Of a stretch of 64,000 nucleotides of DNA, positions 47,219 through 56,858 are shown piece by piece. The notes beneath the pieces were generated by a model that did no database searches, was not told the origin of the DNA, and saw only the letters and a list, made by a program, of their open reading frames with translations. Position 1 is the first letter of the stretch. Each line of letters opens with the position of its first letter. The stretch covers positions 7,667-71,666 of the forward strand of contig CAZLBA010000004.1 in NCBI GenBank assembly GCA_964557555.1. The letters run 5' to 3'. A program made the translations under genes and the position numbers. The stretch comes from an uncultured Beijerinckia sp. (lineage in GTDB: Bacteria > Pseudomonadota > Alphaproteobacteria > Rhizobiales > Beijerinckiaceae).

Positions 47219-48473
47219 TTTCGACCTCCCCATTGCCATGCACCAGCCAGGTCTGGATGCCGTTATTGTGATAAATTGAATTGGTACCCCGCACCGCACG
47301 CAGCTCTTGCTTCGTTGGCTGGACATAACCCGTATTGTCCATTGCACGGGACTGAACCATCAGCTCTCGCCCATCCCATTCGAAGTCGAAATAGAAGCGC
47401 ACGATGGACATCGGCAATGATGGCCCCTCGATTCGAGCGGTCTTCCAGTTGCGTCCTCCATCAAGTGACACATCGACCCGCGTGACGGTACCACGCCCGG
47501 ACCATGCAATGCCGGAAAGCACATTGGCGCCTTTATGTTTCATTGGCGCCTGAGGCGATGGGCTGGTGACAACAGATTTCGCATCCATGATCCATGTGAA
47601 GCGACGCGATCTGCCATCAGCCAGAAGATCGGTATATTTCGATGTCTCTTCGCGCGCGTGCCAGGGCTGATCACCCACTTCAACGCGGCGCAGCCATTTC
47701 ACCCACATATTACCTTCCCAACCGGGAACGACGAGGCGCACGGGATAGCCTTGTTCAGGCCGCAGGGCTTCACCATTCATGCCGAAGGCGACGAGGCAAT
47801 CCTTCATCGCCTTTTCGATGGGAATGGAGCGCGTCATCAAAGATGCATCTGCGCCTTCCGGCATCACCCATTTGCCACTGGTCTTGACCCCAGCCTCATC
47901 CAGCAAAACCTTCAAAGGCACGCCGGTATACCAGACATTATGGATCATTCCGTGGGTGAACTGGCAGCCATTGAGCTGCGCGCCCCGCCATTCCATGCCT
48001 GAATTGGCAGCGCATTCGAGGAAATAGGCGCGGTTGACGCGGCCCGGCATCCGCTTGAGATCCTCCATCGTGAAGACAAGCGGACGATCCACAAGGCCAT
48101 TGATCATGATCCGATGCTTGGCGGGATCAATCTCGGCAATGCCGCCGTGATGACGCTCGAAAGCAAGACCTGATGGCGTGATCACGCCATCAAGTGCGTG
48201 AATGGGTGTAAAATTGACGGAGGATTCACGGCTGACCGTGAGCCATTCCACATCCTGACGCACGATGTGTTTTTCAAATTTCGACGGCGTCCCATAGGGC
48301 CGCGCCTGCACGCCATCTCCCAGAAAGCGGCTCCAATCCTGCACTTCCGTAATCAACGGATCAGGCTTGGTCTGCGCGCCCGCCTTGGAAGAAGCCACTG
48401 CAGCACCGGCGAGCCCTGCGCCGGCGAGGAAATGGCGGCGATCCATTGATCGCTTTGCATTTTGTTCGCTCAT
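47202..48473 (-). CDS. soxC: Sulfane dehydrogenase molybdoprotein
   Basis: Tat RRHFL, FERHH, FLECAAN, EQGYPVRLVVPGWEG, YHNN. Confidence 0.95.
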   Translation of the reverse strand: MSEQNAKRSMDRRHFLAGAGLAGAAVASSKAGAQTKPDPLITEVQDWSRFLGDGVQARPYGTPSKFEKHIVRQDVEWLTVSRESSVNFTPIHALDGVITPSGLAFERHHGGIAEIDPAKHRIMINGLVDRPLVFTMEDLKRMPGRVNRAYFLECAANSGMEWRGAQLNGCQFTHGMIHNVWYTGVPLKVLLDEAGVKTSGKWVMPEGADASLMTRSIPIEKAMKDCLVAFGMNGEALRPEQGYPVRLVVPGWEGNMWVKWLRRVEVGDQPWHAREETSKYTDLLADGRSRRFTWIMDAKSVVTSPSPQAPMKHKGANVLSGIAWSGRGTVTRVDVSLDGGRNWKTARIEGPSLPMSIVRFYFDFEWDGRELMVQSRAMDNTGYVQPTKQELRAVRGTNSIYHNNGIQTWLVHGNGEVENVEIS

Positions 48474-48503
48474 GCCATCCACCCTATTTTCAATCTGAAT
48501 TGG

Positions 48504-50201
48504 TTACGCGCCGACCAGTTTCACCGAGGTATTGGGGTCGAGTTTCACTGTCTTCACACGGGCCAGATATTTCTCGACAACATCCCAGATCGGCGGTCCT
48601 TCGGTCCCTTGATTGACGCTGGCCCAACCAGCCACGACATATCGACGATTGGCGTCGATGGGCTTGCCAGTCTTCAGCTCTGTCATGTCGGAAATCCGCT
48701 GATTGACGGGCTTGGATACATCAATCGTATAGCCAACACCCCCGACCCGGACCATGTCGCCGCCACCCTGGAAATATGGATCCGGGTGGAAGATATTGTC
48801 TGCGACATCTTCCAGAATGGCCTTCAGCTGTGAGCCTGCCATCTCCATGCGATAGCAGTTGGGATAGGTCATTGCGGTGGCATTCGCCAGAGCCTCGAAC
48901 GTGATCGCATCGCCGGGAACCAGCGTGCCACCCCAGCGGAAGCCCGGCGAAAGCGAAATTTCCGCATCGCGCTCTGACAACATCGCGGCACAAATCAGAT
49001 CATCAAAGGTGCCATTGAAGTTACCGCGCCGGTAAAGCAGCGTTTCGGTACGTGCGAGTTCTCGCGAAAGCTCTGCTGCAAAGGGTTCGCGAATTTTCTT
49101 CACGAGTGCAGCCATCTGCGCATCAGGCGTGATCGCGTCTGAGAATACGGGCATCAGTTTGTAACGGAAGCCAGCGATTTTTTTGTCTCTTACATCAAGG
49201 TCAAGGCGGGATACGAATTTGCCATGCGAGCCTGAGGCAATCAAAATTGTATGACCGACCTGCAATGCTCCCGGCATTGCATCATGCGTATGCGCCGTGA
49301 GGATAACATCGAGCCCCTTCACGCGACCTGCAAGCTTCCGGTCAACGTCAAAGCCATTATGCGAGAGCAGAATGACAACATCTGCACCCTCGGCCCGCGC
49401 TTCATCGACCTGCTTTTGCAGATCGTCTTCACGAATGCCAAATTCCCAGTCGGGGAACATCCAGCGGGGATTGGCAATGGCCGTACGCGGCAAGGCCTGA
49501 CCAATCACGGCCACTTTCGCGCCGCCGCGCTCGAACATTTTACGGGCCTCGAACACCGGCTCCTGCCACTCTGCAGAGCGGATGTTCTGCGCCAGAAAAG
49601 CGAAAGGTGCGGTGTCGGCAATTTCCTTCACGCGCTTGTCGCCCAGAGTGAATTCCCAATGCGACGTCATCGCATCAATTTTCAGCGCGGCCTGCACATC
49701 GACCATGTCCTGACCATTGGTCTTGAGCGAGGTCCAGCTGCCTTGCCATGTATCACCACCGTCCAGCAGCAACACATTCCCATCACCGCGATCGGCGCGT
49801 ATCGCATTGATCAGAGTTGCCACACGATCCATGCCACCCATGCGCCCATAATTTCGCGCCAGCGCCACAAAATCTTCGCTGGTCAGGGCATAGGCATCTG
49901 GCGACCCAGCAGCGATCTTGAACCAGTTGCGAAATTCCGCATCCGTGAGATGTGGCGGCTTGCCACGCGCTTCACCCACGCCAAGATTGATAGATGGCTC
50001 GCGGAAATAAAGCGGCATCAGCTGAGCATGGATATCCGTGACATGCAGGATCGTGAGACGGCCTAGCGGGTCGAAACGCATGATATCGGCCTGCGTCATG
50101 CGCTGCTGTGCAGCAACACGCCCCAGCGGCCCCAGACCTGAGCCAGACATCATCACAGATGCAGCGGCTGTCGCCTGCAGGAAATGCCTGCGCGATACCA
50201 T
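48504..50201 (-). CDS. soxB: Thiosulfohydrolase
   Basis: Tat RRHFL, TDIHAQL, DGGDTWQGS, HWEF, LSHNG, HTHD, QGGGDMVRVGG. Confidence 0.96.
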   Translation of the reverse strand: MVSRRHFLQATAAASVMMSGSGLGPLGRVAAQQRMTQADIMRFDPLGRLTILHVTDIHAQLMPLYFREPSINLGVGEARGKPPHLTDAEFRNWFKIAAGSPDAYALTSEDFVALARNYGRMGGMDRVATLINAIRADRGDGNVLLLDGGDTWQGSWTSLKTNGQDMVDVQAALKIDAMTSHWEFTLGDKRVKEIADTAPFAFLAQNIRSAEWQEPVFEARKMFERGGAKVAVIGQALPRTAIANPRWMFPDWEFGIREDDLQKQVDEARAEGADVVILLSHNGFDVDRKLAGRVKGLDVILTAHTHDAMPGALQVGHTILIASGSHGKFVSRLDLDVRDKKIAGFRYKLMPVFSDAITPDAQMAALVKKIREPFAAELSRELARTETLLYRRGNFNGTFDDLICAAMLSERDAEISLSPGFRWGGTLVPGDAITFEALANATAMTYPNCYRMEMAGSQLKAILEDVADNIFHPDPYFQGGGDMVRVGGVGYTIDVSKPVNQRISDMTELKTGKPIDANRRYVVAGWASVNQGTEGPPIWDVVEKYLARVKTVKLDPNTSVKLVGA

Positions 50202-50241
50202 GCTGACCTCCCGTTTCTTCTTGCCTTGCGGCACAACGCAA

Positions 50242-50568
50242 TCAGGCGACGTTCAGCTTGGAAGCTGCCGTATATTCGGAGCCGTTATCGTCCTTCCAGA
50301 CGAATTTGAACTCACCCGACTCGGCTGCCTTGTAAAAGAAGGACTGATAGGGATTGGCTGACACCGCCGTGTACCAATCCGCCTCAAACACAACCTTGCC
50401 GTTGAAGCTGGCTGTGAACTTGTTGATGATCCGGCGTGGAATGGTCTTGCCAGCGGAATCCTTGCGCTGGCCTGATTCCATCTCATGCGAAATCAGCGTC
50501 TTGATCTCGATGAGTTCGCCCTTCTTGGCATTTGCAGGAACACGAACACGCGGTGTGGGGTTCGACAT
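50242..50568 (-). CDS. soxZ: Sulfur carrier protein SoxZ
   Basis: KTLISHEMESGQRKD...IPR, VSANPY. Confidence 0.95.
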   Translation of the reverse strand: MSNPTPRVRVPANAKKGELIEIKTLISHEMESGQRKDSAGKTIPRRIINKFTASFNGKVVFEADWYTAVSANPYQSFFYKAAESGEFKFVWKDDNGSEYTAASKLNVA

Positions 50569-50603
50569 ATCTCAATCTCCTCGAAGCTGAATGAAAGGCA
50601 GAA

Positions 50604-51062
50604 TTAGCCGCCACAACCACCGATCGTGACTTTCACTTCAGCCTTGTCGGTGAAGAGCGAGCCGTCGGACATTTCAGCGATGCAAATGACATTTTGTGTT
50701 TGCGCAAGACGCATACGCGCCGCAGCCGATGCCTTGCCGCACTCCGGCGTGAAGCGATAGCTGACCACATGCGGCAGCGGATTTCCGTCCGCATAGATGT
50801 GAACGCTCTTCACGTAATTATCGGGCGTCATCGGGCTTTCGACATCCACATTGACCGGAACGACAAGGCCGTTTTCGGCAATCTGGGGCACATCCAACTT
50901 CACCCGACCAGAAGCGGGCTTCTTGTCGCCATAGAGCTTGGTGATTTCCGCCTGAACCGCCGCAGCATCAGCGTAGGCCATGCGGGAGGACAAAAGAGCG
51001 GCGAGTGCAGCAATGCCGCCCATGGTCGCCTGACGGCGAGTCAAATTACCGATCGGGATCAT
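50604..51062 (-). CDS. soxY: Sulfur carrier protein SoxY
   Basis: Tat TRR, PQIAENG, C-terminal VKVTIGGCGG swinging arm. Confidence 0.96.
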   Translation of the reverse strand: MIPIGNLTRRQATMGGIAALAALLSSRMAYADAAAVQAEITKLYGDKKPASGRVKLDVPQIAENGLVVPVNVDVESPMTPDNYVKSVHIYADGNPLPHVVSYRFTPECGKASAAARMRLAQTQNVICIAEMSDGSLFTDKAEVKVTIGGCGG

Positions 51063-51208
51063 GAAACTTCCTCCAGACAGCCAAAGTATGATGGGACCCC
51101 TCTTGACTTCGGGGCCCTCGATTTCAAACATAGTGATATCTATTTTTTTGAATGTAAAGCGCCATCATTAAGGGGACCCCTTACCAAAAGGGGGAAGAGG
51201 AGGACGCC

Positions 51209-52036
51209 ATGGGAATGGGACTCAAAACGCTCACAGTGAGTATTTACCTAATTTTATCAACGACTTATGTATCTGCTCAGGCAGCGATCGACCCAACGGA
51301 AAAGGAGCTTGAGCGCTTTCGAGCCATGATCAGCGATCCCATGGCCAATCCGGGTTTTTTGGCCGTGGACCGGGGCGAGGCACTTTGGAGCCAGAAGCGC
51401 GGCAAGAAAAACACGTCTCTTGAGTCCTGCGATCTGGGCGAGGGCCCCGGCAAGCTGGAAGGGGCCTATGCGCGCCTGCCGCGCTACTTCAAGGATGCCG
51501 ACAAGGTCATGGATCTGGAACAACGGCTCTTGTGGTGCATGGAAAAGGTTCAGGACCTCGATACAGCCGACATCATCAAGCGCCGCTTCTCTGCACCGGG
51601 CGTGGCATCTGACATGGAAGACCTCGTCGCCTTCATCGCCAACAAATCAAGCGGCATGAAGATCGAGTGGCAGAACCAGCATCCGAAAGAGCAACAAGCG
51701 ACGGCTCTGGGGGAAGCCATGTTTTATCGCCGTGCCGGTGTGATGGATTTCTCTTGCGCATCCTGTCACGGCGATCAGGGCAAGCGTATTCGTCTTCAGG
51801 GCCTCCCCTATTTGAAAGAGCCGGGGAAGACGGCGCAGGAAACCATGGGCTCCTGGCCGACCTATCGCATTTCCCAAAGTGCCACGCGCACCATGCAGCA
51901 CCGCATGTGGGATTGCATGCGCCAGCAGCGCTGGCCTGAACCTGATTATGCATCAGACGGCATCACCGCCCTGCTCGCTTTTCTGAACAAGCAAGCCGAT
52001 GGCGGGGAGCTGCAAGTTCCTTCCATCAAGCGCTGA
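51209..52036 (+). CDS. soxA: SoxAX cytochrome subunit A (monoheme, type II-like)
   Basis: Single CASCH, active-site RMWDCMRQ, N-terminal SCD/LWC cysteine pair instead of a first heme motif. Confidence 0.93.
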   Translation: MGMGLKTLTVSIYLILSTTYVSAQAAIDPTEKELERFRAMISDPMANPGFLAVDRGEALWSQKRGKKNTSLESCDLGEGPGKLEGAYARLPRYFKDADKVMDLEQRLLWCMEKVQDLDTADIIKRRFSAPGVASDMEDLVAFIANKSSGMKIEWQNQHPKEQQATALGEAMFYRRAGVMDFSCASCHGDQGKRIRLQGLPYLKEPGKTAQETMGSWPTYRISQSATRTMQHRMWDCMRQQRWPEPDYASDGITALLAFLNKQADGGELQVPSIKR

Positions 52037-52042
52037 GGAGAC

Positions 52043-52660
52043 ATGACCATGAAGATCCGTTTTCTCCTCATCCCACTCGCTTTCTTTTCGACTTCTGCAC
52101 TGGCGCAAGCCAACAAGCCTGTCGATATTGAAACCATGGAGAAGTCTGTCAGGGAAATGTTCTCCAAAGCTTCACCTGATTGGCAAAAGCGCAACGAACT
52201 GGATGAGACACAACGTGTCTGCACAGTAACGCGCAATGATGTGACAGCCGCTCAAGCAGAGGCGATCCAGAAGCGCGAATCTGCCGGCGTACCAAAGCCA
52301 CCGGGTGGCAAATATCTTGGGGACTGGAAGAAGGGCTATCAGATCGCCAATAACGGGCGCGGCGGCCAATTTTCCGATCCACCTGGAACAGTCGCCGGAG
52401 GCAACTGCTTTGCCTGCCACCAGCTTGATCCGAAAGAGTTGAGCTATGGCACCTTGGGACCAAGCCTGGCTGCTTATGGCAAGCAGCGCAATTATGATCA
52501 GGACTCCATCGAGGATGCATGGAAGAAAATCTATAATTCCCAATCTGTCGTGGCCTGCTCGAATATGCCGCGCTTTGGCAGCATGGGCATATTGTCAGCC
52601 GAGCAGATACAGGATGTGATGGCCTATCTCTTCGACCCGAATTCACCCGTGAACAAATGA
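52043..52660 (+). CDS. soxX: SoxAX cytochrome subunit X
   Basis: GNCFACHQ, GTLGPSL, SNMPRFG. Confidence 0.93.
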   Translation: MTMKIRFLLIPLAFFSTSALAQANKPVDIETMEKSVREMFSKASPDWQKRNELDETQRVCTVTRNDVTAAQAEAIQKRESAGVPKPPGGKYLGDWKKGYQIANNGRGGQFSDPPGTVAGGNCFACHQLDPKELSYGTLGPSLAAYGKQRNYDQDSIEDAWKKIYNSQSVVACSNMPRFGSMGILSAEQIQDVMAYLFDPNSPVNK

Positions 52661-52692
52661 AAAATCGGCGGGGGCGTTCAGCGTCCTCGCCA

Positions 52693-53247
52693 CTATCCTC
52701 CTTGCTTGAGCCAATCAGGGAAAGACGTGTTCAAATAGCCCTCTTCCTTCACATAGCGAAACATCGCAAGGAAAGATTGAGGCTCAAGCAAACCCGACAT
52801 GCGCGCCACTTCGCGTTGTGGCGCAGGCTTTTGTGCAAGTCCTTGTGTCTTTGCAGGGTAGAAGATGATCGTCGGCGTCAGTCGTACGCCCTGCCTACGC
52901 GCAAAATCCCGCTCGCTCATGGTTTTGCCGTCCACATCAGTAACCTCGCGCGCACCAGACAGATTGAGGTGCAAGATTTCAAAATGCGAACGCACGTAAT
53001 TCACGATCGCTTCGGTTGAGAAATGCTCCTCCGCCATGCGCTTGCAATAAGGACAAGCGCGCTGGCTAAAGATGATAGCAATACGCTTGCCCGAAGTGGC
53101 AGCACTCTCGATGTCTTCATTCAGATTGAGAAAGCTCTCCAGATACCAGTCGAAATGATACATCCCATCTTCACCAAGCTTTGGCTGCGCATGAGCCGCT
53201 AGCGAGGTGACGGAGAATCCCAATAAGACGGATCGGCGTGTCAGCAT
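52693..53247 (-). CDS. soxW: Periplasmic thioredoxin SoxW
   Basis: WYLESFLNLNED, CPYC, TPT; downstream of soxV. Confidence 0.85.
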   Translation of the reverse strand: MLTRRSVLLGFSVTSLAAHAQPKLGEDGMYHFDWYLESFLNLNEDIESAATSGKRIAIIFSQRACPYCKRMAEEHFSTEAIVNYVRSHFEILHLNLSGAREVTDVDGKTMSERDFARRQGVRLTPTIIFYPAKTQGLAQKPAPQREVARMSGLLEPQSFLAMFRYVKEEGYLNTSFPDWLKQGG

Positions 53248-53253
53248 GATGAC

Positions 53254-53982
53254 CTATCCTATCTGACCCAAAGAAGGGAATTTTTCTAAAAGCCAATTGC
53301 CTATGCTGGGCATGAGCCCCGTGATGAAAAGCAGACCTGTCACAACCATAATGAGACCGATGACACGCTCGACCAGCGCGATATGGGAGCGGAATGTGTT
53401 CAGGAAGGATGTGAACGCGCCCACGAAAAAAGACGCTGCGAGAAAAGGTACGCCAATGCCCAGCGCATAAGAGCCCAGCAATGCCATCCCATGCAGGACC
53501 GTGTCTTGTGCGCCTGCAACAATGAGGATCGAGGCAAGCACTGGCCCCACGCAGGGTGTCCACCCAAAAGCAAAAGCCAGCCCGACAACAAAGGCACCTG
53601 CATGGCTGGCTGGAGCGCGCGCTGAGAAACGCAATTCCCGGAAAAAGAGCAAGACGCGAAACAGGCCAAGGAAGTGCAAACCAAGCACCACAATCAAGGC
53701 ACCCGCAATCATCGACAACAGATCATACCAGCGCGTCAGCCATTGACCGAGCGTGCTGGCCGTGGCCCCCAATGTCACAAAGACGACCGAGAACCCTGCG
53801 ACAAAGAAAAGAGCGCGGATGAAGCTGCGCTGCGCCAGGCTCTTGTCCGCGGTCTTGAGGGCGGACAGGTCTGAGCCAGTAAGAAAGCAGAGATAGGGCA
53901 ATACCAGCGGCAAGATGCAGGGCGACAGGAAGGATAGAAGGCCCGCCGCGAAGGCGCCCGCAAAGCTCATCTGCGCCAACAA
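53254..53982 (-). CDS. soxV: CcdA-like membrane thiol-disulfide transporter
   Basis: SFLSPCILPL and FGWTPCVGP. Confidence 0.88.
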   Translation of the reverse strand: MLAQMSFAGAFAAGLLSFLSPCILPLVLPYLCFLTGSDLSALKTADKSLAQRSFIRALFFVAGFSVVFVTLGATASTLGQWLTRWYDLLSMIAGALIVVLGLHFLGLFRVLLFFRELRFSARAPASHAGAFVVGLAFAFGWTPCVGPVLASILIVAGAQDTVLHGMALLGSYALGIGVPFLAASFFVGAFTSFLNTFRSHIALVERVIGLIMVVTGLLFITGLMPSIGNWLLEKFPSLGQIG

Positions 53983-54000
53983 GCCATCCTCCCGGAGCTG

Positions 54001-54030
54001 GCATTCGTATTCGAATATATCTATATTAGT
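54001..54030. promoter_or_regulatory. AT-rich soxV/soxS divergent promoter, candidate SoxR operator
   Basis: TATTCGAATA palindrome at 54008-54017; SoxR is known to bind the soxS-soxV intergenic region in Paracoccus. Confidence 0.45.
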
Positions 54031-54033
54031 TTT

Positions 54034-54450
54034 ATGACCCTCTGGACAGCCCTCCGCTGGATAGTTTTAACGAGCCTGCTGCTCGCAGGTCCTTCTGCGG
54101 CTGCGCGCGCCGCTGAGCTTCTTTTCGTGGAGCGAGCGGGTTGCCCCTATTGCGCCAAATGGGATCGAGAAGTTTCAGGCGCTTACCAGAATTCTGCGGA
54201 GGGACAGCGTGCGCCCTTGCGCCGTCACTCTTTGGAAAGCGGGCAACCAACTGGACTATCGGCCCCCGTGCGATTTACGCCGACCTTTGTGTTGATGGAC
54301 AACGGACGTGAAGTGGGTCGCATTACGGGCTATATGGATGATCATAGTTTCTGGGGCCTCCTTACGCCTTTGATGGCAAAGCTCGACACCCTTTCCAGAC
54401 CGACAGCGACCCGCCAAGGAGCTTCAGGTGACAATCAACGCGTCCCGTGA
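54034..54450 (+). CDS. soxS: Periplasmic thioredoxin-like SoxS
   Basis: Signal peptide, GCPYCAKW, FTPTF, GRITGY...FW. Confidence 0.85.
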   Translation: MTLWTALRWIVLTSLLLAGPSAAARAAELLFVERAGCPYCAKWDREVSGAYQNSAEGQRAPLRRHSLESGQPTGLSAPVRFTPTFVLMDNGREVGRITGYMDDHSFWGLLTPLMAKLDTLSRPTATRQGASGDNQRVP

Positions 54451-54790
54451 AATCGAAGCAGAACTTCGCTCTGATGTAGAATTCTCTCCCCGGCTGGACG
54501 AATTGTTCCGCAATGCGCGCGAAGCGAGTGATTTCCTTAAGGCCCTGTCGCATGAGAACCGCCTGCTGCTTCTCTGCCTGTTGGCGGAAAAAGAGCGTTC
54601 CGTGAGCGAGTTGGAGACAATCCTCGCACTGCGCCAGCCCGCCGTCTCCCAGCAGCTCGCGCGGCTACGCTATGACGACCTTGTCACCACAAGGCGGGAT
54701 GGCAAGACGATCTATTATTCCATAGCAAACGAGAATGTGCGTCGCATTGTGACCGTTATCTACGATATGTTCTGCGAAAAGGGCCGCTAG
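54428..54790 (+). CDS. soxR: ArsR family sulfane-sulfur-responsive repressor
   Basis: LKALSHENRLLLLCLL, SQQLARLR, C-terminal MFC (BigR/SqrR-type Cys pair). Confidence 0.88.
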   Translation: MTINASREIEAELRSDVEFSPRLDELFRNAREASDFLKALSHENRLLLLCLLAEKERSVSELETILALRQPAVSQQLARLRYDDLVTTRRDGKTIYYSIANENVRRIVTVIYDMFCEKGR

Positions 54791-54841
54791 CACTGCGCTT
54801 CGGCATCAGACAAAAATATAAGGCCCTGTCGGGAGGAAGAC

Positions 54842-55945
54842 ATGGCAGGCTTGGCGAGCAGCTCTGTTGCTCTTTTGGGACTTCTGGTTGGCGTTCTGGT
54901 CGGCTTCACCGCCCGCCGCGCGCGACTGTGCACGTTGGGTGCAATTGAATCAGCTCTTGTCGGGGGCGACTGGCGCTGGATGAAAATCTTTGGGCTTGCT
55001 TTTGCCATCGCCCTCATCGGCACCCAACTTCTGATCATCAATGATTGGCTCGATGACACGCAATCGCGTTATCTACCGACCCGGCTTGCCGTCTTTGCCA
55101 TCATCATCGGCTCCCTGCTGTTCGGCGTTGGAATGGCACTCGTTGGGACCTGTGCCTTCGGCAACCTGGTTCGACTTGGCTCAGGCGATCTTCGCAGCCT
55201 CGTGGTGCTGCTCATCTTCGCAGCAGTCGCGCTCATGACACTGCGCGGCAGTCTCGCCGTCATCAGGCTCGATTGGATCGAGCAGATTGTATGGACCCAG
55301 CCACATGATCAGCACGCCTCTTTGGTCGCATGGCTGGAACGATCTACCGGAAGCAACTGGCGCAGCTGGCTAACAGCCACCATCGCCCTGCCACTGATCC
55401 TGCTCGTGGCCTTTGACCGCCGGCTGCGCAAATCACCGCGCTTGCTGATCGCAGCAGCGACATTGGGACTGGGCGTTGTGTCCGGCTGGGCTGCAACCGG
55501 ACCACTGGCGGATGAATTCGCGCAATTGCGCTTGCAGAGCCTCACTTTTGTGGCACCCGTGGCCCGCGCTTTCAACGGAGTGGTCTTCGGCACGGAATGG
55601 CTCGAATTCTCAACGCTCAGCGTGCCGGGCGTCATCATTGGCTCCTTCCTCGCTGCTATTCTGGCTGGCGAATTTCGCTGGGAAGCCTTTGATGACCATC
55701 TCGAAATGCGCCGACATTTGCTAGGCGCGATACTGATGGGGGTCGGAGGTGTGCTGGCGGGCGGATGCACAATTGGCCAAGGAATTACAGCGGGTTCACT
55801 CCTCGCCCTGTCCTGGCCCATTGCGGTTTTGGGCATGATGTGCGGCGCATGGTTTGGCCTGACGATCCTAGTGGAAGGCTCCGTCCGTGAATGTATCACC
55901 ACACGTTTTGACCGCATCCGACGCCACCGGCGACGCGAGGCGTGA
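54842..55945 (+). CDS. soxT: YeeE/YedE sulfur transporter
   Basis: RLCTLGA, GTCAFG, AGGCTIGQG conserved Cys motifs; follows soxR. Confidence 0.88.
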   Translation: MAGLASSSVALLGLLVGVLVGFTARRARLCTLGAIESALVGGDWRWMKIFGLAFAIALIGTQLLIINDWLDDTQSRYLPTRLAVFAIIIGSLLFGVGMALVGTCAFGNLVRLGSGDLRSLVVLLIFAAVALMTLRGSLAVIRLDWIEQIVWTQPHDQHASLVAWLERSTGSNWRSWLTATIALPLILLVAFDRRLRKSPRLLIAAATLGLGVVSGWAATGPLADEFAQLRLQSLTFVAPVARAFNGVVFGTEWLEFSTLSVPGVIIGSFLAAILAGEFRWEAFDDHLEMRRHLLGAILMGVGGVLAGGCTIGQGITAGSLLALSWPIAVLGMMCGAWFGLTILVEGSVRECITTRFDRIRRHRRREA

Positions 55946-55951
55946 ACCCTC

Positions 55952-56833
55952 TCAAGCCGGCACAAATCGAAAAGCAGTGCCTGCACGCTCAGTGCGTCCC
56001 CGACCGCCATTCGGCAAATGGTAGCCGATGAAGGAAAGCTTTTCGGAGGCCAATCGGTCCAGAAGCTTCTTGCGTGTGGCAACAGCCAGGTCACCATCCT
56101 GATCCGCCCCCGTAGCGATGTCGGGATGGGCAAAAGCGAGAAGCGGATGGGTCAGCGCATCACCCAGCACGATGAAGCTTTCTGAACCGTGGCGAATTTC
56201 AAATGACGTGTGACCGGCGGTGTGCCCAGCTGTTGCCAAAGCTGCGACCCCTGGCAACACTTCTTCACCTGCCTTGAAGGTACTGAGCACGGGGCTCAAT
56301 TCTTTCAGCAACCGCTGAGCCCCGGCCGGGATTGCCTGCAAAGATTCCGGCAAGCCTGAGAAGGCTTGTGGACCCAACCAGAAGTCACGCTCCACGAGGC
56401 TGATGTGATATTTCGCATTGGGAAAGGCAGGTGTTCCGAAATCATCCAATGCTCCCCACAGGTGATCGGGATGAGCATGTGTGAAGAGGACATGCGACAC
56501 TTTTTCAGGATCAATGGCTGCAGCATTCAGCGCTTCCTGAAGCTTGCCGGCCCCTGACATGAAATTGGGACCTGCCCCGCAGTCAAACAGGATGATCTCT
56601 TCGCCCCGTTTGAGCAGCGTGACATTCAGGGGGCTGCGATATTCGGGTGCATAAGCGCCAGCCGCCTTGAGAACCTCCATGGCTTGGGGCTGATCTCTCT
56701 CCCGCGCCAGAAAGCTTGTTGGAAGCGTCAAGGCTCCATCACTCAGCGTTGAAATCTGCGCAGCTGGCTGCGCCACTCCAGCATTTGCTGCCAGAACGGC
56801 TGCCGAGCCCAAGAGAAAATGCCTTCGATCCAT
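55952..56833 (-). CDS. Tat-exported MBL-fold metallohydrolase (SoxG-like)
   Basis: RRHFL signal, THAHPDH, GHTAGH, LGD, GYH. Confidence 0.85.
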   Translation of the reverse strand: MDRRHFLLGSAAVLAANAGVAQPAAQISTLSDGALTLPTSFLARERDQPQAMEVLKAAGAYAPEYRSPLNVTLLKRGEEIILFDCGAGPNFMSGAGKLQEALNAAAIDPEKVSHVLFTHAHPDHLWGALDDFGTPAFPNAKYHISLVERDFWLGPQAFSGLPESLQAIPAGAQRLLKELSPVLSTFKAGEEVLPGVAALATAGHTAGHTSFEIRHGSESFIVLGDALTHPLLAFAHPDIATGADQDGDLAVATRKKLLDRLASEKLSFIGYHLPNGGRGRTERAGTAFRFVPA

Positions 56834-56858
56834 AATCATCTCCGACAAGGTCTGATTG

